From an uncultured Chloroflexia bacterium (GTDB lineage Bacteria; Chloroflexota; Limnocylindria; Limnocylindrales; CSP1-4): 64,000 bases of DNA. Where the stretch lies: positions 1 to 64,000 of the forward strand of contig CAVYBU010000030.1 in the NCBI GenBank assembly GCA_963766735.1, in the 5' to 3' direction. Under the pieces are notes generated by a model. That model ran no database searches and was not told the DNA's origin. It saw only the letters and a program-made list of their open reading frames with translations. A program made the position numbers and the translations under genes. Shown piece by piece: positions 19,426-30,039 of the stretch (position 1 is the first letter of the stretch; every line of letters begins with the position of its first letter).

Positions 19426-20171
19426 CCCGTATCGCCGTCCTCTCGGACGTGCATGGGAACCTCCATGCGCTCGAGGCGGTCAGGGCGGAGCTCCGCCGGG
19501 AGAAGCCGGATGCGGTCCTGGTGGCGGGCGACCTGGTCATGAACGGGCCCGATCCGAATGCCACCGTGGACGCGCTGCGCCTGCTCGAATCCGAGGGCGC
19601 CCTGATCGTCTCGGGCAACACGGACATCGCGGTGGGGGACTTCGACTACGGGTCGGCGTTCCCGCAGTACCAGGACGGCGTTCCGGACACCGTCCGCGAG
19701 GCGGCCGAGTGGGCCCACGATGAGTTGGGCGACGACCAGCTGGAGTGGCTGCGCCGCCTGCCGTCCGAGCGCCGGCTGCGCGCCGCGGGCGACACGCTGG
19801 TCCTCGTGGTCCATGCGTCGCCGGGCTCCCAGACCAGCGGCTTCGACCAGGTGCTGGACGCCAACGTCGTCTTCGAGCGCGCGGCCGCGACGGACGCCCG
19901 CGTGATCTGCGTGGGTCACACCCACGTCCCGGAGGTGCGCGACCTCGGCTGGAAGGTGATCGTCAACGCCGGCAGCGCCGGCTACGTGTTCGACGGCGAT
20001 CCGACGGCCTCCTGGGCAATGGTCACGATCACCGATGACGGCGAGGTGGACGCGCAGATCCGGCGAACCGAGTTCGACGCCCTGGCGGTCGCCAACGCCA
20101 TCTCGGCCCGCGGACTCCCGGGCGACGTCTACCGCGCAGCCACGGTCCGCACGGGGAAGCTGGTCCGATGA
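19422..20171 (+). CDS. Calcineurin-like metallophosphoesterase
   Basis: SDVHGN, GDLV, GNTD, HASP, GHTH, NAGSAG. Confidence 0.9.
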   Translation: MTRIAVLSDVHGNLHALEAVRAELRREKPDAVLVAGDLVMNGPDPNATVDALRLLESEGALIVSGNTDIAVGDFDYGSAFPQYQDGVPDTVREAAEWAHDELGDDQLEWLRRLPSERRLRAAGDTLVLVVHASPGSQTSGFDQVLDANVVFERAAATDARVICVGHTHVPEVRDLGWKVIVNAGSAGYVFDGDPTASWAMVTITDDGEVDAQIRRTEFDALAVANAISARGLPGDVYRAATVRTGKLVR

Positions 20172-21439
20172 GCTGGTCCTGGCCGGAGCGGCCGCGGAGG
20201 GTGGTCGTCACCGGGACGGGCCTGGTCAGCGCGCTCGGCGCCGACGTCGCCTCCACCTGGGACGGGCTCGTGGCCGGTCGCTCGGGCATCCGCGGCATCC
20301 AGAACCTCGACGCCTCGCGGCTGGCCGTCCGGATCGCCGGCGAGGTCCGGGACTTCGACGCCTCCGCTGTCCTGGACCGCAAGGACCTCCGGCGCACGGA
20401 CCGCTATGTCCAGTTCGCGCTGGTCTGCGCACGCCAGGCGCTGGAGCAGGCCGGCCTGCCGGGACGCCTCGACGATGCGATGGCCGCCCACGCCGGGGTG
20501 ATCATCGGGTCCGGGCTGGGCGGCGTGGCCACCCTGTTCGACAACGTGCTGGTGATGGGGGAGCGGGGTCCGGGCCGGATCTCGCCGTTCTTCGTGCCGA
20601 TGGGCATCGCCAACGTCGGGGCCGGCCAGGTGGCCATCGCGTCCGGGGCGATCGGACCCAACTTCGCCACGGTCTCGGCCTGCGCCAGCGGCGGCCACGC
20701 ACTGGGCGAGGCGTGGGAGACGATCCGCCGCGGCGACGCGGACCTGATGATCGCCGGCGGCGTGGAGGCCGGCATCCACGAGGCGACGATCGGCGGTTTC
20801 GCGTCCATGAAGGCACTGTCCACGCGCAACGACGATCCCGAGGCCGCCTCGCGGCCGTTCGACCAGGGGCGGGACGGCTTCGTCATCGGTGAGGGTGGCG
20901 GGGTGCTGATCCTGGAGGCCCTCGAGCACGCGGAGGCGCGCGGCGCGACCCCGCTCGCGGAGCTGGTCGGCTACGGGGCCACGGCCGATGCGTCGCACAT
21001 CACGCTGCCGGCCCCGGGCGGGATCGGCGCCGCGCGGGCGGCCCAACGGGCGCTGGAGAAGGCGGGCATGGCCCCCGGGGACGTCGATCACGTCAACGCC
21101 CACGCCACTTCCACGCCGGAGGGCGACAAGGCGGAGCTGCAGGCGATCCGCACGGTCTTCGGCGACCATGCACCACGGATCGCGGTCACCGCCAACAAGT
21201 CCATGCTCGGGCACACGCTGGGCGCCGCCGGCGCAATCGAGGCGATCGCCACGATCATGGCCCTCCGCGAGGGCTGCGTGCCGCCGACGATCAACCTCGT
21301 GGCCCCAGATGACCACGCCGCGGGCCTGGACCTGACCCCGGACGTCGCGACGCGCCGGCCGCTGCGGACCGCGGTCTCGAACTCGTTCGGGTTCGGCGGG
21401 CAGAACACGGCGCTCGTGTTCCGGCGGTGGGACGCATGA
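20168..21439 (+). CDS. fabF: Beta-ketoacyl-ACP synthase II
   Basis: SACASG, SRPFD..RDGFV.GEG, NAHATST, KSMLGHTLGAAG, NSFGFGG. Confidence 0.97.
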   Translation: MSWSWPERPRRVVVTGTGLVSALGADVASTWDGLVAGRSGIRGIQNLDASRLAVRIAGEVRDFDASAVLDRKDLRRTDRYVQFALVCARQALEQAGLPGRLDDAMAAHAGVIIGSGLGGVATLFDNVLVMGERGPGRISPFFVPMGIANVGAGQVAIASGAIGPNFATVSACASGGHALGEAWETIRRGDADLMIAGGVEAGIHEATIGGFASMKALSTRNDDPEAASRPFDQGRDGFVIGEGGGVLILEALEHAEARGATPLAELVGYGATADASHITLPAPGGIGAARAAQRALEKAGMAPGDVDHVNAHATSTPEGDKAELQAIRTVFGDHAPRIAVTANKSMLGHTLGAAGAIEAIATIMALREGCVPPTINLVAPDDHAAGLDLTPDVATRRPLRTAVSNSFGFGGQNTALVFRRWDA

Positions 21440-22107
21440 GCACCGGTCAGGGCGAGCCCCGCGAGGAGCAGCCGATGGGCGGGACAGACCTCGTCGAGAA
21501 GACCGGGCTGACGGAGGCCGTGGCCGTGGGACCGGGCGAGACGGCCTCCCGCGATGCCGACGGCGTGGCGGGGACCGACGGTGCCGCCGGGATCCCCGTG
21601 GCGGCGAACGCACCGGCGCCTGCCCCCGATCGCGAGGATGCCTCCCTGCTCGCACTCGTGGACCAGCTGACCGTGATCCTGGAGCGGAGCGACCTCGGGG
21701 AGCTGGAGGTCATGGCCGGCGGCACGACTGTCATCCTGCGAGCCCCCTCCAGCATCGAGCGGCCGGCGACGTTCGCCGCCCCAGCGGCCGCCGCGGAGCA
21801 GCCCGCCGCTCCCCCAGCGGGCGCCGCCCCGGCCCCGGCAGCCGCGCCCTTGCCCGCGCCTGCTGCCCGACCCTCCGTCAAGGCGCCCCTGACCGGCCTC
21901 TTCTACGGTGCGCCGTCGCCCGGGGCCACGGCGTACGTGTCGGTCGGCGACCACGTGTCCGTCGGCCAGATCATCGGCCTGATCGAGGCGATGAAGCTGT
22001 TCAACGAGATCAAGAGCGACCTCTCCGGCCGCGTCGTCCGGGTCTGTGCGGGCAATGGCGCGCTGGTGAAGGCCCGGCAGCCCCTGATCGAGGTCGAGAC
22101 CGCATGA
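21436..22107 (+). CDS. accB: Biotin carboxyl carrier protein (canonical)
   Basis: APLTGLFYGAPSPG (thumb) and IEAMKLFNEI with the biotinylated Lys at 21994-21996; start uncertain. Confidence 0.92.
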   Translation: MSTGQGEPREEQPMGGTDLVEKTGLTEAVAVGPGETASRDADGVAGTDGAAGIPVAANAPAPAPDREDASLLALVDQLTVILERSDLGELEVMAGGTTVILRAPSSIERPATFAAPAAAAEQPAAPPAGAAPAPAAAPLPAPAARPSVKAPLTGLFYGAPSPGATAYVSVGDHVSVGQIIGLIEAMKLFNEIKSDLSGRVVRVCAGNGALVKARQPLIEVETA

Positions 22108-23300
22108 CGGGACCCGCAACGCGCTCCGTCCGCCTCACTGGCTGGGGCCGCTACGCCCCGGCCCAGGTCCTGACCAACGCGGACCTGGAACGGATGGTGG
22201 ACACCTCCGATGACTGGATCGTCACCCGTACCGGGATCCGTGAACGGCGCGTCGCCGCCGCCCACGAGACGACCGCGTCCATGGCCGCGGTGGCGGGCCT
22301 GCGCGCCATCCGCACGGCCGGCCTCGAGCCCGACGAGATCGATCTGATCATCGTGGCCACGCTCACGCCCGACTACTGGATGCCATCCACCGCCGCGCTG
22401 GTCAAGGAGGCCATCGGCAACTCGAAAGCAGCCGCGTTCGACGTCGCGGCCGCCTGCTCCGGCTTCGTGTATGCCTACACCACGGCGAGTGCGTATCTTG
22501 CCGCCGGCCTCGCCAGGCATGTCCTCGTGATCGGTGCGGAGCTCCTGACCCGGTTCCTGGACTACTCGGACCGGAGCACCTGCATCCTGTTCGGCGACGG
22601 GGCGGGGGCCGTGGTGCTGTCCGCGTCGGACGAGCCGACGGCGCCCGTTGGCATCGAGCTCACGACCGAACCGCAGGGCGCCTACATGATCTGGCTGCCT
22701 GCAGGCGGCTCCAGGAGCCCGTCCTCCTCCGAGACGATCGCCCGCGGCGAGCACAACATCCGGATGGAGGGCAAGGAGACGTACCGGTTCGCGACCCGGA
22801 CGCTCGCCTCCACCGCGCTCGCCGCCGTGGACAAGGCAGGCTGGGAGCCCGCAGACGTGGACCTGTTCGTGCCGCACCAGGCCAACATCCGCATCATCGA
22901 GGCCGTGGCCAAGGGCCTGGGCCTGCCCATGGACAAGATGTTCGTCAACCTGGACCGGTACGGGAACACGTCCGCCGCGTCCGTGCCGATGGCGCTGGCA
23001 GAGGCCGTCAACGAGGGCCGCGTCAGGGTGGGCGACAAGCTGGTCTTTGTCGCGTTCGGGGCCGGGTTCACCTCTGGCGCGGTGGCCATGGAGTGGACCA
23101 CCGATCCCGCCGCCGGCCCCGTCGGGGACGCCGCGGTCAGCGCTGCCGACGTCGTCATCCGCAAGCCGGTGGACTGGGACTCCGTGGACCCGATCCCGTC
23201 CGCCCTGGCGGAGGTCCTCGCCCGGCCCCTGCCCGTGGAGCTGGACCTGTCCGACGTCGTGCCCGGGGAGCCGGAGCACGCGCACCCATCACACCAATGA
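22104..23300 (+). CDS. fabH: Beta-ketoacyl-ACP synthase III with C-terminal extension
   Basis: AACSGF, LFGDGAGA, PHQAN, YGNTSAAS, FGAGF. Confidence 0.96.
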   Translation: MTGPATRSVRLTGWGRYAPAQVLTNADLERMVDTSDDWIVTRTGIRERRVAAAHETTASMAAVAGLRAIRTAGLEPDEIDLIIVATLTPDYWMPSTAALVKEAIGNSKAAAFDVAAACSGFVYAYTTASAYLAAGLARHVLVIGAELLTRFLDYSDRSTCILFGDGAGAVVLSASDEPTAPVGIELTTEPQGAYMIWLPAGGSRSPSSSETIARGEHNIRMEGKETYRFATRTLASTALAAVDKAGWEPADVDLFVPHQANIRIIEAVAKGLGLPMDKMFVNLDRYGNTSAASVPMALAEAVNEGRVRVGDKLVFVAFGAGFTSGAVAMEWTTDPAAGPVGDAAVSAADVVIRKPVDWDSVDPIPSALAEVLARPLPVELDLSDVVPGEPEHAHPSHQ

Positions 23301-23349
23301 TCCCGGCCCGAGCCTCACGCGCGGGCCATTCCACAGGAGGGAGTACCGA

Positions 23350-24099
23350 ATGATCGATCTCACCGGCAAGGCTGCCCTCGTCACCGGCGGCTCGCGCGGC
23401 ATCGGTCGTGCAATCGCGCTCAAGCTCGCGGGGCAGGGAGCCGACGTCGCGTTCATGGACCGGGGCGCCCCGGAGACCGCGGCCCAGACCAAGGCCGACA
23501 TCGAGGCGCTCGGCCGGCGGGCCGTCTTCTTCGCCGGCGACGTGACCGACCCGGAGGCATGCTCGGCGTTCGTGCAGGCGGCCATCGACGCCTTCGGCAA
23601 GGTCGACATCCTGGTCAACAACGCCGGGATCACGCGTGACGACCTCGTCATGCGGATGGGCATCGACGAGTGGAAGATGGTCCTGGAGGTCAACCTGTTC
23701 GGTGCGTTCTACTGCACCAAGGCGGTCCTTCGCCCGATGCTCAAGGCGCGTGCCGGACGGATCATCAACATGTCCAGCGTCTCGGGCCAGGCGGGCCAGG
23801 CGGGCCAGGCCAACTACTCCTCGTCCAAGGCCGGGCTGATCGGCCTGACGAAGGCCGTCGCCCGGGAGGTCGCCAGCCGCGGGATCACCGCCAACGCCGT
23901 GGCCCCGGGGTTCATCGTCACCGAGCTGACGCAGGACCTCCCCGAGGAGCTGCAGGACCAGATCAGGAAGGCCACGCCGCTGGGCCACTTCGGGACCGTG
24001 GACGACATCGCCAACGCCGTCGCCTTCCTCGCCTCGGACGAGGCCGGCTACATCACGGGCCAGGTTCTCGCCGTGGACGGCGGCCTGGTGATGATGTAG
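23350..24099 (+). CDS. fabG: 3-oxoacyl-ACP reductase
   Basis: AGGAGG RBS; TGGSRGIG, NNAGITRD, YSSSKAG, VAPGF, ITGQVL.VDGG. Confidence 0.95.
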   Translation: MIDLTGKAALVTGGSRGIGRAIALKLAGQGADVAFMDRGAPETAAQTKADIEALGRRAVFFAGDVTDPEACSAFVQAAIDAFGKVDILVNNAGITRDDLVMRMGIDEWKMVLEVNLFGAFYCTKAVLRPMLKARAGRIINMSSVSGQAGQAGQANYSSSKAGLIGLTKAVAREVASRGITANAVAPGFIVTELTQDLPEELQDQIRKATPLGHFGTVDDIANAVAFLASDEAGYITGQVLAVDGGLVMM

Positions 24100-24101
24100 G
24101 G

Positions 24102-24707
24102 GTGCCGTTCACCGTCGAGCGCACCCCCATCCCCGAGGTCCTCATCGTCCGGCCCCGCCTGTTCGGCGACGAGCGGGGCTGGTTCACCGAGGTCCTGCAG
24201 GCCGACGCCTTCGCGGAGCTCGGCCTGGGGCTCCCGACGACGTTCGTCCAGGTCAACCAGTCGCGGTCTGCCCGGGGGGTGGTGCGCGGGCTGCACTTCC
24301 AGTGGGACCCGCCGCAGGGCAAGCTCATGCGCGTCGTCTCCGGGCGGGCGTTCATGGTGGCAGTGGACATCCGGCCCGGCTCGCCCACGCTGGGGCAGGC
24401 CGTGACGCTGGAGGCGTCGTCCGACGAGCCCGTCCTGTTCTGGGCGCCGGCCTCGTTCGCGCGCGGGTTCGCCGCGCTCTCGGACGTGGCCGAGATCGAG
24501 TACTTCTGCACGGCGACCTACAACCCTGCGTGCGAGACGGGGATCCGCTGGGACGACCCGGCGCTGGGGATCACGTGGCCGGTGGATGAGCCGCGGCTGT
24601 CGCCGAAGGATGCTGCCGCGGGGACGCTGGCGGACTGGCTGGCGCGGCCGGAGTCGGAGGCGTTCGCGTTCGGGGACGCCGGAGGGTTGCCGACGGCAGG
24701 AGGCTGA
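24102..24707 (+). CDS. rfbC: dTDP-4-dehydrorhamnose 3,5-epimerase
   Basis: FGDERGWF, RGLHFQ, QGKLMRV, VDIRPGSPT, IRWDDP, LSPKD. Confidence 0.9.
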   Translation: MPFTVERTPIPEVLIVRPRLFGDERGWFTEVLQADAFAELGLGLPTTFVQVNQSRSARGVVRGLHFQWDPPQGKLMRVVSGRAFMVAVDIRPGSPTLGQAVTLEASSDEPVLFWAPASFARGFAALSDVAEIEYFCTATYNPACETGIRWDDPALGITWPVDEPRLSPKDAAAGTLADWLARPESEAFAFGDAGGLPTAGG

Positions 24708-24935
24708 CCGGGACCGACACCCCGGCCGTGCCCCGAGGCCGATGTCACAAGAGGGCGACTGTCCGCGTCCGGGGCTATGCTACGGCGCCACGCTGCGGGG
24801 GCGGCGGAGGCCGGTGCACGCGCGGCCGCGTGCGCTAGAACGGTACGTTTGGATGATGTCTGGTGGGGTTTGCCTCGCCTACAGTCCGGGGACGGACGCG
24901 CACGCCACGCAAGGGGTGCACCGCAAGAGGGGTAC

Positions 24936-26291
24936 ATGAAGGACAAGTCGGCGGCCGTTGCCGCGCTGCTCTCGTTCATCTTTCCGGGCCTTGGGCACCT
25001 GTACCTCGGGCGCCGCCGCCAGGCCCTGGTGTTCGCGCTGCCCGGGCTCCTGCTGATCGCCGTCATCGGTCTGGAGTTCCTGCGCGGCTTCGATTCCATC
25101 GTCGCCAACCTGGCCACACCGTCCGGCTCCTTGACGGCGACGATCCTGCTCCTCCTCGCGGGGGGTTGGAGGGCCGTCGCGATCGTGGATGCGGTGCTGA
25201 TCGCCCGGCGCCGCACAGGCCTGCGGGTGCCGGCAGCCGTCTTCGCCGGGGCTCTCCTGGCCCTGGTGGTGGTCGTGCACGGCACCGGCGCCTACCTGTC
25301 GTACCTGGGCTACGAGGCGAGCAGCAAGATCTTCACCGGCGCCGGTCCCGACGACCAGTCCGGCGCGGAGCCGAACGGATCCGGGGCGGACGCGTCCGGG
25401 GCGCCCGAGGAGACCGACGACTACCAGGTGGTTCCCGAGGTGACGCCGGAAACTGCGCAGTCGCGGATCAACATCCTGCTGACCGGGATCGACTCGGCGG
25501 AGACGAGGACCACGGCGCTCACCGACACCATCATGGTCCTCAGCGTCAATCCGGCCGACAAGTCGGTCGTGATGCTGAGCCTGCCCCGCGACATCTCGAA
25601 CTTTCCCCTCTACAACGGACGCACGTACAGGGGGAAGATCAACTCCTTCATGACCTGGGTGCGGAACCATCCGAAGGACTTCGAGGAGAAGCCATTCCCG
25701 GCCCTGATGAAGGAGGTCGGGTTCCTCATCGGCGTGCCGATCCACTACTTCGCGGCCGTCGACCTGGCGGGCTTCCGGAAGATGGTCGACGCAGCCGGCG
25801 GGGTGACCGTAGACAACCCGAAGGCCATCAACGATCCGCGCTACAACTGGCTGGACGGGTCGCCGCACGGGTTCTATCTCAAGGCCGGCAAGGTGAAGCT
25901 CAACGGCAGGCTGGCGCTCGCCTACGCGCGCTCGCGCCAGGGCGTGGGCGACAGTGACTTCACGCGTGCAGCGCGGCAGCAGCAGGTCCTGGTGGCTCTC
26001 CGCAGCAAGCTCACATCGCCGGACATGATCACCGCGCTCCCGGACCTCATCAGGGCCGCGGGTGACACGGTGCGCACGAACCTGCCCACCGATCGGCTGG
26101 AGGAGTTCATCACGCTTGCCCGGGAGGTCGACTCGGACGCGATCAAGCAGCACGTGCTCACCTACCCGATTGCCTTCCACCCGCCCACGGCGTCCACCGG
26201 GGGCGTCTGGACGTTGCAGCTCCACATGGACAAGGTGGCCGAGCTCTCCAGGAAGCTGTTCGGCAGCGACAGCCGCTACGCGGGCGACTGA
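24936..26291 (+). CDS. LCP (LytR-CpsA-Psr) family glycopolymer ligase
   Basis: N-terminal TM helices; NILLTGID, TDTIM, SLPRD, KINS, YARSR, DFTRAARQQ. Confidence 0.92.
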   Translation: MKDKSAAVAALLSFIFPGLGHLYLGRRRQALVFALPGLLLIAVIGLEFLRGFDSIVANLATPSGSLTATILLLLAGGWRAVAIVDAVLIARRRTGLRVPAAVFAGALLALVVVVHGTGAYLSYLGYEASSKIFTGAGPDDQSGAEPNGSGADASGAPEETDDYQVVPEVTPETAQSRINILLTGIDSAETRTTALTDTIMVLSVNPADKSVVMLSLPRDISNFPLYNGRTYRGKINSFMTWVRNHPKDFEEKPFPALMKEVGFLIGVPIHYFAAVDLAGFRKMVDAAGGVTVDNPKAINDPRYNWLDGSPHGFYLKAGKVKLNGRLALAYARSRQGVGDSDFTRAARQQQVLVALRSKLTSPDMITALPDLIRAAGDTVRTNLPTDRLEEFITLAREVDSDAIKQHVLTYPIAFHPPTASTGGVWTLQLHMDKVAELSRKLFGSDSRYAGD

Positions 26292-27682
26292 TGCTCCGCC
26301 ATCACATGCGCCTCCTACGTCTGGCGCTCCTGCTGTCCGACGGGCTCGCCGCCGCCGGCCTGTTCGTTGTCGTGTCCAGGTTCCGCCTGGGGCCGGAATG
26401 GACAGACGCCTGGCTGAACGCTGGTGGGCCGTGGTGGATGTGGGCGGCGGGCTATGGCGCATTGTGGGCCATCGCCGAGTGGCTGCAGAACCTGGACCAG
26501 CTGCGGTCCCGCTGGACGTTCCGCGCCGAGGTATCGGACATCCTGCGGGCGGCCCTCGTGCTCGCTGTTGCCGTGTTCAGCATCCTGTTCCTCGTCCACG
26601 CGCCAGAGGTCAGCCGTCTGTTCCTCGTGATCCTGTTCTCCGCCCAGATCGTCTTCTCCGTCATCCAGAGGCGGGCGATCCGAATTGGCCTGGTGCTGGG
26701 CCGAAAGAGCGGCGCAGGAACGCGGAACGTGCTGGTCCTGGGCACAAGCCAAACGGCGATTGCGGTCGCCCGCCAGCTCTCCCAGCATCCAGCGTTCGAC
26801 TACCGCATCGTCGGCTACCTCGGGCGTCCGTCGGCAGGGTGCCCCAGCGTGCTGGGACCGCTGGATGACGTCGAAACGATCGTGCATGACGCGATCGTCG
26901 ATGAGATCCTCGCAGTGCTCGAGGGAGACGAGGTGGCCTACCTCGCGCCCATGGCCTCGCTCTGCGAGCAGGAGGGCAAGCGACTGCGCGTCGTCCTTGG
27001 TCCGAGCCTCATCCCGATCACCGGCGGCCGGGTCGAGACGTTCGGCAAGCACGAGATCCTCACCATCGCCAACGGCCCGGATCGGATCCTCGGCCTGGCC
27101 GCGAAGCGGATCCTCGACGTGGCGCTTGCGGCGACTCGCGCTCGTGGTCCTCGCGCCGGTCTGTGCGCTCGTCGCTGTCGTCGATCAGGCTCGAGGACGG
27201 CGGACCGGTGTTCTTCCGCCAGACCCGGAGCGGCCTGCACGGGCGGCCATTCCGGATCGTCAAGTTCCGAACCATGGTGCCCGACGCCGAGGCACAGCTT
27301 GTCGGACCTGGCGGACCTCAACGAGATCAGCGGCCATGCCTTCAAGGTGGCGGACGATCCCCGTATCACCAGGGTCGGCCGCGTGCTCCGGCGGGCGAGC
27401 CTCGACGAGCTGCCCCAGTTCTGGAACGTCCTACGCGGCGAGATGAGCATCGTGGGCCCGCGTCCGCCGCTGCCGAGCGAGGTCGCCGAGTACGACCTGT
27501 GGCATCGTCGGCGGCTCTCGATGAAGCCAGGGATCACCGGCCTGTGGCAGGTCTCCGCGCGCCTGGAGGCGGAGTTCGACCGCTGGGTGGAGCTGGACCT
27601 CACCTACATCGACCGCTGGTCGCTGTGGCTTGATCTCAAGATCATGGTCCGGACCGTGCCGGCGATGCTGAGCGGGCGCTGA
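26291..27682 (+). CDS. Polyprenyl-phosphate sugar transferase (priming glycosyltransferase) with three compensating +1 indels
   Basis: KRILD; IVKFRTM sits in a shifted frame; [26 protein letters not shown]; extra bases near 27134, 27183 and 27298. Confidence 0.88.
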   Translation: MLRHHMRLLRLALLLSDGLAAAGLFVVVSRFRLGPEWTDAWLNAGGPWWMWAAGYGALWAIAEWLQNLDQLRSRWTFRAEVSDILRAALVLAVAVFSILFLVHAPEVSRLFLVILFSAQIVFSVIQRRAIRIGLVLGRKSGAGTRNVLVLGTSQTAIAVARQLSQHPAFDYRIVGYLGRPSAGCPSVLGPLDDVETIVHDAIVDEILAVLEGDEVAYLAPMASLCEQEGKRLRVVLGPSLIPITGGRVETFGKHEILTIANGPDRILGLAAKRILDVALAATRARGPRAGLCARRCRRSGSRTADRCSSARPGAACTGGHSGSSSSEPWCPTPRHSLSDLADLNEISGHAFKVADDPRITRVGRVLRRASLDELPQFWNVLRGEMSIVGPRPPLPSEVAEYDLWHRRRLSMKPGITGLWQVSARLEAEFDRWVELDLTYIDRWSLWLDLKIMVRTVPAMLSGR

Positions 27683-27950
27683 CCGCCGGCACGAAGGGCA
27701 TGTGTCGCGGTCCGGGGATAGAGGCGCAGCGCTGTGTGGCCGCCTCGAACGGCTCGCTGGCCCATACGCCGCGTGGGGCCGTCATTGAACAGCGATCTCG
27801 CGCGCGCACCTGGAGCCTGACAGTCGTCTGAGTTGCGTCCTGCTCGCCGCCGCGAGGACTTGGTCCTCCGGCGCTGGAGGCGTCGCCCGCCCGGGGCCCA
27901 AGCCGCAGGTCGTCTCCGCGCCTGTGACCGCGAAGGAAGGGGCCGCGGGC

Positions 27951-28616
27951 TCAGGCCTGGGCCGCATCCTCCCTGAGCTCGCGCGCGATCGCCTCGAGGC
28001 CGTCCAGGACCCGCTCGTCGACCGGGACCTGGAACAGGGGGATGGCTCGGTGGAGAGCCGCGGTCGGCCAGTCCCACCACGCGACGTCCAGCAGCCGGGC
28101 CGCCATCTCGTCCGGGACCCGCATCCGCAGCAATCGCGCGGGGGAGCCGGCCACCACGGAGTAGGCGGGCACATCGCGCGTTACGATCGATCCCGCCCCG
28201 ATGATGGTGCCCGGGCCCACGTTGACCCCCGGCATGATCACGGCGTGCGCGCCTACCCATGTGTCGGGACCGAGCCGAGTCCGCGGCCGCTCGACTGGGG
28301 AGTCCACCTCGGCCAGCCCGAAGTCGTGACGGTACGGGAACGAATGCGTGGACGCGCGATCCAGGGGGTGCCCCGTGGCGCCGATCGTGACGTCCCACGC
28401 GATGGAATCGAACGGCCCGATATCGGCGAAGTGGCACTTGGAATAGCGGCCGATTGAGGCGAAGCGCGCCACGTTCGTGGCCAGAAGCTCGACGTGGTGC
28501 GCGAGGTTCGCGTCGCGCGCCACGGTGGACTGGCGATCGACACGGACTCCGTCCAACGATACGTGCGAGCCCGCAGAGCGGAGGGCGAGGATGCGCAACA
28601 GGACGGGGAGTCTCAC
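27951..28616 (-). CDS. CatB/Vat-like hexapeptide O-acetyltransferase
   Basis: DTWVGAHAVIMPGVNVG.G.IIGAGSIVTRDVPAYSVVAGSPA and LLDVAWWDW. Confidence 0.85.
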   Translation of the reverse strand: MRLPVLLRILALRSAGSHVSLDGVRVDRQSTVARDANLAHHVELLATNVARFASIGRYSKCHFADIGPFDSIAWDVTIGATGHPLDRASTHSFPYRHDFGLAEVDSPVERPRTRLGPDTWVGAHAVIMPGVNVGPGTIIGAGSIVTRDVPAYSVVAGSPARLLRMRVPDEMAARLLDVAWWDWPTAALHRAIPLFQVPVDERVLDGLEAIARELREDAAQA

Positions 28617-28629
28617 GAGTTGTATGACC

Positions 28630-29991
28630 TCACACGATGAACCATTCGACGAGCGGGATGACGCCAAGTGCGATTGCGCCGACGGCAAGGCGTCCGTACC
28701 GGATGTCGCGGGCGATGTCCCGGACCAGCCACCATTGGGACGCGAACAGGCCGGCGAAGGCCAGAACCGAGGTCACGGCCGCGATCCCGATCCCCAGGCG
28801 CGGGACGAGGAGGTAGTTGGCGGCGATCGTGATCGCGACGATCGTGATGCTTGCACCAGCGATCCGGCTTGTTCGCTTCGCGTAGATCGCATACCCGATC
28901 ACTGCCGTGTACAAGGCGAACCACACGTAGGCATAGGTGACGATCGGGACGAGGCTCAGTGCCGGCAGGAACGCCGGCGGCGTGAACGGGCGGGCCGCGA
29001 TCGGCAGCACGAGCATCAGAACAACGGCCGCCGCCGCCAGCGCCCCGAGGCCCCGCGTCGCCATCCCGTCCAGCCTTGCTCGACCCGCATCTGACCGGAC
29101 CAACTCCTGGAAGCGGGGGTTCCACAGGCTGGCGAAAGCCGCCGTCAGGGCAGTCATCGCCATGCCCCACCGATATGCGTACGCGTACTGCCCCGTTGCC
29201 TGCGCCCCAAGCGTCTGGTTGATCACGACCTGGTCGAACGTCCCGAGTGCGTACATCGCGAAGGCGTGGAAGATCAGCGGGAACGAGAAGACGAGCAGGT
29301 GGCGCGCCGTTGCTGGCTCCCAGCGCAGGCCGGGATCCCTCACCCACAGCACGATGCCCGTGATCGCCGTTGCCGCAGCGGCGGCCGCGAATGACCAGGC
29401 GATGGTCAGATGATCGACGTGGCCAGCAGCGAGCAGCCACAGGAAGACGATCACGATGCCGAGAAGGGGCTCCACGAGGAGTGTCGTCGCGTAGGCAACG
29501 CTCCTCCGCCTCGCGCGGAGCGACGCCGTCCAGGAAGACCGGAACGCGATCGCGGTGCCTCCGGCCAGGCATGCCATGAGCAGCGATTCCGGGATCCCCA
29601 GGAAGGCAGCGATGGGAGCCGCGGCGACGACCACGACCGCGAGGCCAACCGCGGCAGAAGCGGCCATCAGGAGGGAGATCGAGCCGAGCACCGATGAGAA
29701 CGGGATGTTCTCGAAGTAGAAGCGGACGACGGTTGATGGGAGTCCCAGGGACAGGACGATTGCCGCGAGGTTCGACAGCCCGAAGTAGAGGGCTGCGAGC
29801 CCGAACTCCCGGGGGGCGACCAAGTTGGCGAGCGCGATCAGGGCTGCGAACGTGAGCAGCCGCGACCCGATCTCCCCTCCAAGGTAGAGGGCGATCTCCC
29901 TCGTCCCCCCACGGCCGAGCAGCTCCCGGGTTCGACCGGGCAACCGGCGCGCGGACGGCGCCGTACGTTCCCCGCCGGTCGGCTGACTCAT
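28630..29991 (-). CDS. Wzx-like oligosaccharide flippase
   Basis: 12 or more TM helices; PREFG, LGLPSTVVRFY, FSFPL, DQVVINQTLG..ATGQYAYA. Confidence 0.85.
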   Translation of the reverse strand: MSQPTGGERTAPSARRLPGRTRELLGRGGTREIALYLGGEIGSRLLTFAALIALANLVAPREFGLAALYFGLSNLAAIVLSLGLPSTVVRFYFENIPFSSVLGSISLLMAASAAVGLAVVVVAAAPIAAFLGIPESLLMACLAGGTAIAFRSSWTASLRARRRSVAYATTLLVEPLLGIVIVFLWLLAAGHVDHLTIAWSFAAAAAATAITGIVLWVRDPGLRWEPATARHLLVFSFPLIFHAFAMYALGTFDQVVINQTLGAQATGQYAYAYRWGMAMTALTAAFASLWNPRFQELVRSDAGRARLDGMATRGLGALAAAAVVLMLVLPIAARPFTPPAFLPALSLVPIVTYAYVWFALYTAVIGYAIYAKRTSRIAGASITIVAITIAANYLLVPRLGIGIAAVTSVLAFAGLFASQWWLVRDIARDIRYGRLAVGAIALGVIPLVEWFIV

Positions 29992-30039
29992 CCAGATCGA
30001 TACTAGCAGCGGCCCCGCGAGAGGGTACGATCCCGTGCT

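Noticed and set aside
27951-28616. Antibiotic acetyltransferase (cat/vat), and likewise an aminoglycoside kinase at 36006-37004
   Set aside because: Both lie within a polysaccharide locus, so glycan modification is more likely.
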